Assembly: GCA_951406725.2 (NCBI GenBank)
Contig: OX597818.1
Coordinates: 61,752,001-61,816,000 of the forward strand
Origin: Octopus vulgaris
Lineage: Eukaryota
DNA length: 64,000 nucleotides
Direction of reading: 5' to 3'
The notes beneath the pieces were generated by a model, which searched no databases, was not told the DNA's origin, and saw nothing but the letters and a program-made list of their open reading frames with translations. Made by a program: the position numbers and the translations under genes. Within the stretch, counting starts at the first letter, position 1, and each line of letters starts with the position of its first letter. Of this stretch, positions 52,870 to 64,000 are shown piece by piece.

Positions 52870-53607
52870 ATGTGTGTGTGTTTGTATACACATGCACACG
52901 CATACATATATATACATATATATATATATTAAATTTGTAAACCTAGCTGTATCCATATGTTTACTAAACATATATTTAGTTTTGCTGTGAAAATAAACCC
53001 CTGTTGTTAGACACCATGGAGCTCAGCAGCCAGGAAGAATTATCAGATCGACTAGTTTAGTCTTTCATTAATACCTTGTCGGGATTCACTTTCTCTCTCT
53101 CTCTCTCTGTCTATGTCTGTCTGTCTCTCTCACACACTCTCTCTCACTCTTTCTGTCTTTTTGTCTGCTGAGAAGGTAGTGAGATTGCTTAAAGAAAATG
53201 TAAACAAAATCAGATCCCATTCACCTATCTGTGTTAAGTTGGCCACCTACATTAATTAAACGGGGCACCAGCAGATTAAATTTGTAAACAAACTTAGAAC
53301 CACATGTATGATAGATGTATATGTGTGTGTGTATATGTCACTGCAAGGGTGGATAGAGAATCTGTATCATTTTGGTGTCCCCTTTTTCCATCCCTGCATG
53401 GGTTGGACAGAGACTACTGAGACAGATTTTCTATGCCCAGAGTCCCTGCCCCTTGTTTAACCCCCACCAGCTTCTAAGTGAGGTAATAGTTTCCCATCAC
53501 CAAACATATTTGTATAAAATATTGGAAATGAACAACACTGGTTGTTTGACAGGGACACTCGTTTACGACTATGACATGGCGTCAGAACAAAGAGATACAA
53601 GCTTACA

Positions 53608-54121
53608 CAAGCCTCTTCTCCTTATCTCCTCAAAGACATACAGCATCTCGAAAGAGTCCAGAAGCTGGCTACCCGCATGGTTCATGGTCTCAAGAATTTG
53701 TCTTATGAAAAAAGGCTGAAGATGCTTGACCTTTATTCTCTAGAAAAACGCCGCTGCCGTGGTGATCTCATTCTTGCTCACAACACGATAAGCGGAAAGT
53801 GTAACCTCTCGAAAGAGCTGTTCTTCACTCCTGCTCCAGAGCGTCACTTGCGAGGTCATTCTGAAAAGCTCTATCTGTGACGATTTCATCTCAATCGAGG
53901 GAGAGGGGCTTTCTCCGTCCGGGTTGCAGATCCGTGGAATAAGCTGCCAGACGAGATGGTGAAGATGCCGACAACCGCGTTGTTCAAAGTCTCCTTTGAC
54001 CTCAAGTGGCCTGAACTCTTTACATGAACACCACCCTGTACATAACTCCATGTCCCCCTACATGACCTTGCTTTTTGCTTTTTGAGCCCCAAAATTAACT
54101 GACTAACTAACTAACTAACTA
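53608..54121 (+). mobile_element. 5'-truncated CR1-clade LINE (ORF2 C-terminus, 3' UTR, (TAAC)n tail)
   Basis: SPYLLKDIQHLERVQKLATRMVHGLKNLSYEKRLKMLDLYSLEKRRCRGDLI...RGHSEKL..*..FSVRVADPWNKLP; one in-frame stop at 53878-53880. Confidence 0.93.
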
Positions 54122-54337
54122 AAATGTACACTTACGCATATATATATATATGTATGTATGTATGTATGAACATACATCATGTGCTTGATTCAGTTGTAGT
54201 CTTGCAAATCTAATCCTAAACCTTTGATTGGCCCAGAGCTAATGAAGAAGACACTTGCCAATGGAAACATGCACTAAAACTGAACCCAAAATCATGGGAT
54301 GTTGGGACTACGAAGTGAGTGTGTTTGTGTGTGTGTG

Positions 54338-54373
<36 letters not shown>

Positions 54374-54673
54374 AATTATATATATCCTCACTCACACACC
54401 ATATGTACATACACATGTACAGATACATATGCACACACAAGCACATACACATAAAAATATGCATATACACACATTTAGATACATGTAAGCATATATATAT
54501 ATATATATATACACACATACACACATATATATGTACATGTATAGTCATGTACATACACAGATACATGCACATCTATTTATGTACATATGTGTACATATAT
54601 ATATATATACATACATATATATATATACATACATATACATACATACATATACATATACATACATACATACATA

Positions 54674-54735
<62 letters not shown>

Positions 54736-55483
54736 CATACATACATACATACATACATACATACATACATACACACACACATATATATATATATGTATGT
54801 ATGTATAGGCGGACATAGATAAATAGATGCAGATAAGATAAATGTGAAGATGTTAAACCCAGATTCTTATGAAAGTAAAAAAGAAAAAGAAGAAAGAAGA
54901 AAAACAAAAATGCAACAAAAACAAAAACAAAAAAAAAGCAGGTAGCCAACATTTAAAAAAAAAAGGTCAAAAGACACATTTACATCAGAAGTCAACCGAA
55001 TTATACAAGAATATCATGTCTATCGCTGTGTAAGATAACTAGTCAACCGATATCAAAAAGAAGTAGCTTTCATGAATATCTGAAGAAGACCGATAATTCA
55101 CAACATGCCACAGGTAACGGCAAAGCTTGTTTTATTCAAATTTCTTATGGAGCTTATGAAAATCTATCTTCAGCAATCTTCAAGAAGAGAAATCAAAGGT
55201 GCTGTTATATAATACCATGCTAATTCTCTCACTGGCGCTTGCCTTTGGCTTCAATCACTTCAGAACCGATGTATCAAGTACCTGTTATACAATGATCTCA
55301 TTGTCATTGATTTTTATCTACACACAACCACTTTTGTTGTCATTGTACCTGTGTATGTGTGTGTGTGTGTGTTTGTGTGTGAGTTTGTATATATGTCTGT
55401 ATGTGTATGTACATATGTGTATATATGTACATATATGTATACATGTATGTAATTATAGGTATATATGTATGTAATTATAGGTA

Positions 55484-55729
55484 TCATCGTCATCGTTTAA
55501 CGTCCGCTTTCCATGCTAGCATGGGTTGGACAGTTCAACTGGGGTCTGGCAAGCCCGAAGGCTGCACCAGGCCAGTCAGATCTTGCAGTGTTTCTACAGC
55601 TGGATGCCCTTCCTAACGCCAACCACTCCGAGAGTGTAGTGGGTGATTTTATGTGCCACCGACACAGGTGCCAGACGAGGCTGGCAGACGGCCACGCTCG
55701 GATGGTGTTTTTTTATGTGCCACCGACAC

Positions 55730-55732
<3 letters not shown>
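55484..55732 (-). mobile_element. RTE-type 3' UTR fragment
   Basis: Closely matches the first ~250 bp of the 62716-63543 element. Confidence 0.85.
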
Positions 55733-55774
<42 letters not shown>

Positions 55775-55789
55775 TACATCTCATTCCTG

Positions 55790-56350
55790 TTGTCTTTCGG
55801 TGAGGGATTCCCAGCAACCTGGGAATCCCTCTGGCAGACACCTTTTGCATATGCAAATGGTCATGAATGATAGTTTCCACAGACCCGGTACTAATCTTGA
55901 CCACATGGGCTATTTGGCGAATAGTTATGCGTCCATCTTCCAAAATGGCAGCCTCAACTTGACGGACAGATGCCTCATCAATGGCAGAAGGGGTGCGACC
56001 AGATCTGGGAGCTGTTTCCACAGAGTTCCGACCATGTTTGAATTCACGATGCCAGCGTTTTACAAGGTCATATGATGGGGCATCATCACCATAAGTTACT
56101 TTCATTTCATCAAAAGTCTCCTGTGGTGTGCGTCATTTCAAATACAAAAACCGGATCACTTCTCGACACTCAACAGGCTCCATTTCCCACTTTACTCATT
56201 TCAAACACATGTAAATCAGAAACCCCTATTAGTTCGGAGCTGTAATTTGCCACTTAATCTATAGAGATATAAATAATTACACATGCAAAATCTCAGCTAG
56301 ATCAATCAACGGCAAGTGGGTCAGTGGCATTACTTATTGAACGCCCCTTG
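55790..56350 (-). mobile_element. Mariner transposon 5' fragment (left TIR plus N-terminal transposase pseudogene)
   Basis: TA-CAAGGGGCGTTCAATAAGTAATG end; ATG at 56183: MEPVECREVIRFLYLK*RTPQ..VKRWHREFKHGR..PRSGRT..ITIRQIA..KVSARGIPRLL; no DDD catalytic domain. Confidence 0.92.
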
Positions 56351-56374
56351 TATGTGTGTATGTGTGTATGTATG

Positions 56375-56413
<39 letters not shown>

Positions 56414-57649
56414 TTACATGTATCTAAATGTGTGTATATGCATATTTTTATGTGTATGTACATGTGTGTGCATATGTATCTATACATGTGTATGTACATA
56501 TGGTGTGTGAGTGAGGATATATATATATAATTTGTATATATATATATATATATATTTACACACACACAGACACACTCACTTTGTGAGTGGTCCACAACTA
56601 TGAATGGTGTGTGTGTGTGTGTGTGTGTCTTTTACTTGTGTTATTCATTTGACTGTGATCATGCTAGAGGTACTGCCTTGAAGAAATTTTTAGCCAAATG
56701 AATTGACTCCAGTACATTTTTTTTTTAAATGCCTGGTCCTTAGTCTATCAATTTCTTTTGCTGAACTGCACAGTTATGTCGATGCAAACATACTGCCATT
56801 AGTTGTCAAGCAGTGGTGGGCTACAAACACACACACATGCATACATGCACACACGCACATATACACACATATATATATGCTGTCATCATCGTTTAACGTC
56901 TGCTTTCCATGCTGGCATGGGTTGGACAGATTGACTGAGAGTGTAGTGGGTGCTTTTACATGCCACTGGCATGAGGGCCAGTCAAGTGGCACTGTTATCA
57001 ACCATGCTAGAATGGTGCTCTTTACATGCTACTGGTGTGGGACCAGTCAGGCAGTACTGGCATCAACCACTCTCAAATAGTGCTTTTTATGTGCCGCCAG
57101 CATGAGACCAGTTAGGCGGCACTGGTGTCGCCCATGCTAAAATGATACTTTTTATGAGCAAATATAGAAAAATTTTTGGAGTGATTTGAAGTATTACTTT
57201 TCCATGTGTAATGATAAAAAATATTATTATACTTGTGTTTGTTCTGATATTAAGATTGAAAAAGAAATCAGCCCTTTTTTTGGTAAAAAATATTAGACCT
57301 GAGTTTGCATCCCTTAAGCAAATTTCATTCCCAGGCCACTGGTTGTCATAGAAGATTACAACTATTACATAATGTCAAAGCAAAGAAATGGTAACACACC
57401 AATACAGAGGCTTCTTTCAGTTTCTGTCTACCAAATCCAGTCACAAGGCTTTGGTTGGCCTGGCTCTATACCAGAAGACACATGCCAAAGGTGTCATGCA
57501 GTTGGGTTGAACCCAAGACCAAATGATTAGAAAGCAAATTTCTTACCACACAGCCAAACCTGCATTTAAACCAAAGGTGAAAATCTGAAAAGAAACCCTG
57601 TGTACAGGTACACTACATGCAACCAATTCTCACGTATGCAGGCATGCAT

Positions 57650-58126
<477 letters not shown>

Positions 58127-59141
58127 GTCTATCTAGCTTACACAATTCTTCAGATTGGAGAAGCAACCAGCGAACTTGTCGATATGAATATTGTCTTACA
58201 GTACAAATGTATACGGGAAACTACAGACCGTTTTTCTTGTACAATAAATGGAGTAGAAGAAGAACACGAAATCAATACAACAGTAAAACATCAATGAAGA
58301 GATTCTATTGCTAAGTTCCTCTGGCTAACTATGATACAACTGAATAACTGCAGCTTTTAAAGAATTACTGCTCTTCTAGAAATAGCATTTTAAAAGTCTT
58401 AAACTAATCCCACTTCATCAGTTTTAAGGTATCTCTTAATTTAATTTGTTAGCATTTAAAAGGAAAGTAGATAAATAAATAAAATAAAATGTTCACAGTT
58501 CTAAAAAAAAAAAAACAAGAAAAAACAAAACAGTATTTTGCATCTTTATCTTCAAAAATCAATTTTTGTCACCACAAACAGATAAAAAAAAACAAAAAAG
58601 AAAACGACAGAGAGAGAAAAGCGGGAAGGCCGTTTGGTGTATTTAAATTAACAAAGAAAAGACCAAGAAAATAACCAATAACAAAAACAAAAAAAAAAAA
58701 AAAGGAAAATATGGTTGTTATTTATTGGTGAGTTGGCGCAGTTGTTAGCATGTAGGATAAAATGCTTAGCAACATCTCCTCAGTCGTTATGTTCTGAGTT
58801 CAAATCCCACCAGGGTCTGCTTTGCTTTTCACCCTTTCAGAGTTGATAAAATGAGTACCGGTGGTGTACTGGGCTCAATGCGTTTGACTCAGTCCCCGCG
58901 ATTGAATTTCAAGCCTTGTGACTATAATAGGATTTGTTGTGAAGTGTAGCAGTGGCTTTGTGGTAAGAGGCTTGCTTCCCAACAATATGGTCCCAGGTTC
59001 AGTTCCACTGCGTGGCACCTTGCACAAGTGTCTTCTACTATAGCCTCGAGCCGACCAAAGCCTTGTGAGTGGATTTGGTAGACGGAAACTGAAAGAAGCC
59101 CATCATATATATATATATCTGTATATACACACATGCATATT

Positions 59142-59197
<56 letters not shown>

Positions 59198-59259
59198 AAT
59201 ATATACATATATATATACATGTATGTGCATATATATATACACACACACACATGTATGTA

Positions 59260-59351
<92 letters not shown>

Positions 59352-60126
59352 TATATACATATGTACACATATATATATATATATACATAGATGGATTATA
59401 CATACCTAGCGGCAGGTGTTTTTTGTTTTTTCTTTTACTTAGGGACACATCTATAAATCTAGGAGTGATGTAGGTGATCAAGTATAAAATAAATAAATAA
59501 ATAAATAAAGAATCTCATCTCTTGTTGCACTAGTTCTAGAAGTACTCTAAAAGGTCCTCTGCACCGTATTCTCTCGAAGAACTTACCAGAAGGTGTCAAA
59601 GACAACAACTCCAGTTCCATTCAGTTAACTGCCAACCAAGAATGCATCTAAGCAACTGCTTCGCTTCTACGCTGCTACAACACTTCTTCTTACATATGTG
59701 GTTGGATATCAATAATAATGATATTGCTAATTTCCAATAATCTGATTGCTAAACTGTTTATGTGATTGATTAAGATAGCAATCAAACAATTACTTGAATA
59801 AATTAAATAAACATTGATTAGTAATGAAATTCTAAGGTTTTCTACACAACTGCAAGTGGTTTACTACAGTAATAACAGTAACATCATTATTATTATTATT
59901 ATTATTATTGATGTTGAATCTATTTTAACTGATCATATTTGGGTGTGGATAAAACAGAAGAAAAGTGATTCCATAGCAACGACAACAAATATAAATAATT
60001 CTGGTGTTTCAGTCATTTTTATCCTCAGAGTTCATTTCTTTCCAGGATCCAGATGATGACAATCACTGTAGTAGTAGTAGTAGTAGTAGTAGTAATAGTA
60101 TAATTATTATAATCAATCTAAGGCAC

Positions 60127-60502
60127 AGGAGTGGCTGTGTGGTAAAAAGTTTATTTCCCAACCACATGGTTCCGGGTTCAGTCCCACTGCACAGCAGCTT
60201 GGGCAACAGCCTTCTACTATAGCCTCGGGCTGACTAAAGCCCTGTGAGTGGATTTGGTTGACAGAAACCGAAAGAAGCCCGTCGTATATGTATGTATATG
60301 TATATATGTGTATTTGTGTACATATTTGTGTGTCTGTGTTCGACACCTCAACATTGCTTGACAACCGATGTTGGTGTGTTTACGTCCCCGTAACTTAGTT
60401 GTTCGGCAAAAGAGACTCATAGAATAAGTACTAGATTTTCCTGGGATCAATTTGCCTGACTAAAAGCAATGCTCCAGTCAAATGACTGAAACAAGTAAAA
60501 GA
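60127..60502 (+). mobile_element. Full-length SINE A (further partial copies at 38295-38670, 39700-39925, 57408-57560, 58950-59105)
   Basis: Family match. Confidence 0.9.
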
Positions 60503-60774
60503 ATTTATATAATGATTCACAATCAAGGTGCAGAAATGGCATATTCCAAATGAACGAGGTAATGTAATCCGACGGTAGAAGGAATTCTATGAGTCGGAAG
60601 GCCAGGGGTTCATGTGAGCATGTGGTAAATAGTTAATCCTTCTTTGTCTTTAAATTTATAATTATTATTTGGCAGAATTGTTAGCACACAGGAGGAAATC
60701 CTTGGTGGTGTTTCATCTGTCTTTGGAGTTCAAATTCCACAGGGGTCAACTTTGCCTTTCAAATTCTTTTTTTC

Positions 60775-61066
60775 TTTTGTTTGTTCCTTCTCGAGCCATG
60801 CCTGGCTCATAAGGGCCTGTTTCCCGGTTTCTTTGGCATATAAGTCCCCCACCTGTCCGTCGCAGGTGAGCTGCAAGATGCAGGAGAAAAGAGTGAGAGA
60901 AAGTTGTGGCGAGAGAGTCAACAGAAGTTCGCCATTACCTTCTGCCGGAGCCGCATGGAGCTTAGGTGTTTCACTCATTAACACACACAACGCCCAGTCT
61001 GAGATTCGAACCTGCCATCCCTCGACTGCAAGTCCACTGCTCTAACCACTAGGCCATGTTCCTTCA
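60775..61066 (-). mobile_element. C-related SINE nested in a degenerate SINE B (60670-61105)
   Basis: Matches 27842-28137; TSD ctttcaaattctt on both sides. Confidence 0.85.
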
Positions 61067-61124
61067 CTCTTTCAAATTCTTGAGGTTGATGAAATAAGAA
61101 CTAGTTATATTATATTATAATGTG

Positions 61125-61205
61125 GTATGAAATAAAGTGGTGAATCTAGTCGAGTTAATGGTTCCTCGTGAAGATAACATGGATGCCGCTTGGGCTCAAA
61201 AGACT
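61125..61205 (+). mobile_element. Small fragment of a restriction-like-endonuclease non-LTR element
   Basis: KVVNLVELMVPREDNMDAAWAQK resembles the ELTVPWExN..A...K RLE motif. Confidence 0.45.
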
Positions 61206-61314
61206 GAGCCACCTATTCTTGTAATTATTTTTATTTGTGTTCTAACTCATCATTCGATATTGTCCTCCATGTCTCAGGCCCTTGTGGCCAATGAAACAAA
61301 TCCTCATCATCATC

Positions 61315-61327
61315 ATTATTATTACTA

Positions 61328-61359
<32 letters not shown>

Positions 61360-61670
61360 TTCTTTGCACAGCTTCTAACGCTGGAGATGTATTACAGTGT
61401 CAGCTGTTCACTACCAGTGAACTAAGGCAACACCCCTTATTTTTTGAGCATCATCTGGAGTATTCGAGCGGTTCCAAGCAGTGCCGTTTTCTGAAAGTGC
61501 TCCACTCTTATTGCAGCCCCTATTTATTCCATGTACTTCTCAAGATTTTTACTCACAGTTCCCAGGGCTCCAACAATTGGTACTACTACCACTTTTTTCA
61601 TCGACCACAACAGCTTAACCTCCCAAGCTAACCTGTTATATCTATTGACTTTTCATTCTTCCTTATCACA
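61315..61670 (-). mobile_element. 3' end of a Dong/R4-clade non-LTR retrotransposon with (TAA)n tail
   Basis: Minus frame: RYNRLAWEVKLLWSMKKVVVVPIVGALGTVSKNLEKYME*IGAAIRVEHFQKTALLGTARILQMMLKK*; (TAA)n on both sides. Confidence 0.8.
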
Positions 61671-61683
61671 TTATTATTATTTT

Positions 61684-61900
61684 GTTTCTTTATTGCCCAC
61701 AATGGGCTAAACATAGAGGGGACAAACAAGGACAGACAAAGGGATTATGTCAATTACATCGACCCCAGTGTGTAAATCAACCCCAAAAGGATGAACAGCA
61801 AAGTCAACCTTGGCGGATTTGAACTCAGAACGTAGTGGCAGATGAAATACTGCTAAGCATTTTGCCCGGCGTGCTAACATTTCTGCCAGCTCGCCGCCTT
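61684..61900 (-). mobile_element. SINE B monomer (older B copies at 38970-39186, 50370-50560, 58725-58930)
   Basis: Family match. Confidence 0.85.
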
Positions 61901-62514
61901 ATTTTTATTATTATTATTATCATCTGAGTCAGTGTCATTTGTAAAACAAGTATGCATTGATGGATTGAGAGACACAACTTTGAAAGTGAGAAATGAAGAA
62001 TGAATTAGTGTAAGGGGAAGAGAAAAGAAAGTAATTGGTGGAAAGAAGGGGGTGGAATGAGAGAGCGGGAAGGAAGTTAATAAAGGAGGGGGAAAAGAAA
62101 GAGAGAAAGAGGAAGGGAAGCTAATGAGAAGGGGAGGTGAGAGAGAGAGAGAGGAAGAGAAGCTAATAAGGGAAAGGGGGAAGTAATTTTAAGTGAAAAG
62201 GGAGGAAATAAAGAGGAAAGGAAATGATCAAAGTGAATTGAAATATTTAATAATGGGGGCGGGTCTGGAGGTGGATGTTGTGGGGTTTGTGAAAAGATAG
62301 GAAGCCAGGCCATAAACAGAGATATCCTGAAATGATATTATCTATCCTTTGTATATAGTGAATTACGTTTAATGCTTAATCCGTTAAATATTTAACCAGC
62401 AATATAAATCAAAAGTACTCATTAACTAATTAATAATCTTACACACACAATTTTTAATTTGATGGCAAAAACAAAAGATAAATATAAAAATATTAATGAA
62501 ATGAAAGCACACAA

Positions 62515-62548
<34 letters not shown>

Positions 62549-62574
62549 GCACACACACAACCACATAGGTGCTG

Positions 62575-63675
62575 GCATGGCTGTGTGGTAAGAAGCTCGA
62601 TTTCCAACCACATGGTTCCAGGTTCAGTCCTATTCCATGGCATCTTGTGATTGGATTTGATAGATAGAAACTGAAAGCAGCCCATTGTGTGTGTGTGTAT
62701 ATATGTATACATTATCATCATCATCATCATCATCATCATCATTTAGCGTCCGTTTTCCATGCTAGCATGGGTTGGACGGTTCAACTGGGGTCTGGGGAGC
62801 CCGAAGGCTGCACCAGGCCAGTCAGATCTGGCAGTGTTTCTACAGCTGGATGCCCTTCCTAACGCCAACCACTCCGAGAGTGTAGTGGGTGATTTTATGT
62901 GCCACCGACACAGGTGCCAGACGAGGCTGGCGAACGGCCACGCTCGGATGGTGTTTTTATGTGCCACCGACACAGGTGCCAGACGAGGCTGGCAGACGGC
63001 CACGCTCGGATGGTGTTTTTATGTGCCACCGACACAGGTGCCAGATGAGGCTGGCGGACGGCCACGATCGGATGGTGTTTGTTACGTCCCCAAAGCACGG
63101 AGGCCAGTCTATGCGGTACTGGCTACGGCCACGTTCGGATGATTTTCTTGTGTGCCACCGGCACTGGTACCACAAAGATACAAATTCCATTGATGTTCAT
63201 CTATTTTGATTTGTTTTGATTTGATTTGATTTGATTTTCACTTGCCTCAACAGGTCTTCACAAGTGTCACAAGAAGGAAGGTATGCACAGGTGGACTGAC
63301 TACGTCCCAGGTAGGGGCCACGGGTTATGGCCTGACTAGTCTTGCCGGGTCTTCGGATGGTGTTTTTATGTGCCACCGACACAGGTGCCAGATGAGGCTG
63401 GCGAATGGCCACGATCGGATGGTGTTTGTTGCGTGCCCACAGCACGGAGGCCAGTCGATGCGGTACTGGCTACGGCCACGTTCGGATGGTTTTCTTGTGT
63501 GCCACCGGCACTGGTACCACAAGATACAAATTCCATTGATGTTCATCTTGTGATTGGATTTGATAGATAGAAACTGAAAGCAGCCCATTGTGCGTGTGTG
63601 TATATATGTATACATTATATATATATTATATATATATATATATATATACATACGCACATATATATATGCCCAAGG

Positions 63676-63713
<38 letters not shown>

Positions 63714-64000
63714 TCATCATCATCATCATCATTTAGCATCCGTTTTCCATGCTAGCATGGGTTGGACGGTTTAACTGGGGTCTGTGAAGCCGGAAGGCTT
63801 CATCAGGCCCAGTTAGATTTGGCAGTGTTTCTACGGCTGGATGCCCTTCCTAACGCCAACCACTCCGCGAGTGTAGTGGGTGTTTTTATATATATATATA
63901 TATCTGTGTGTGTGTTTATTTTTATGTGTTTATTCTCCACTGCTGCTTGAGAAGTGGTGTTGGTGTGTTTACATCTCGGTAACTTAGCGGTTCAGCAAAA
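62575..64000 (+). mobile_element. SINE A stretched by two RTE-type insertions in its microsatellite linker
   Basis: Head at 62575-62700; body resumes at ~63900. Confidence 0.75.
62716..63543 (-). mobile_element. Longest RTE-type 3' fragment, with 62-bp repeats, internal duplication and 75-bp TSD
   Basis: Includes a putative ORF end (KTRQD*), (AAATC)n, repeats, palindrome and (TGA)n; second short copy at 63711-63885. Confidence 0.85.

Larger units (their letters stand above)
54313..56582. repeat. ~220-bp inverted repeat pair (54313-54527 and 56351-56582)
   Basis: ORFs 54319+ and 56302- share ISSLTHHMYIHMYRYICTH..IHIKICIYTHLDTCKH. Confidence 0.9.

Noticed and set aside
61137-61631. 164-aa plus-strand ORF with His/Tyr run
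   Set aside because: Composite of an RLE fragment, a microsatellite and the antisense strand of the Dong/R4 remnant
62890-63020. HDV-like, twister or pistol ribozyme in the 62-bp unit
   Set aside because: Hairpins are present, but I could not place P1.1, the catalytic J4/2 or the pseudoknots; kept only as an untested structured repeat

Overview
Eukaryotic, AT-rich, repeat-saturated DNA, probably intronic or intergenic. Microsatellite density and the SINE families suggest an Octopus genome (inference from family recognition; no search run). No recognisable host gene is present, and almost all ORF-track entries are microsatellite or repeat artefacts. Contents: about 20 copies of tRNA-headed SINE 'A'; about 15 loci of SINE 'B', four of them head-to-tail arrays with an invariant junction; other tRNA SINEs; many 5'-truncated RTE-type 3'-UTR fragments with ~60-bp structured repeats; LINE remnants (RTE, CR1, Dong/R4); a mariner fragment; piggyBac/Tigger/hAT-like MITEs; and a few weak exon candidates. 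Best leads: (1) a tRNA-headed SINE whose tail carries a Penelope-type minimal hammerhead ribozyme (three copies, two of them head-to-head); (2) SINE B arrays apparently built by repeated insertion into the element's own internal GGTAT site; (3) a 75-bp target-site duplication around an RTE 3' fragment; (4) a ~220-bp inverted duplication abutting a mariner end.
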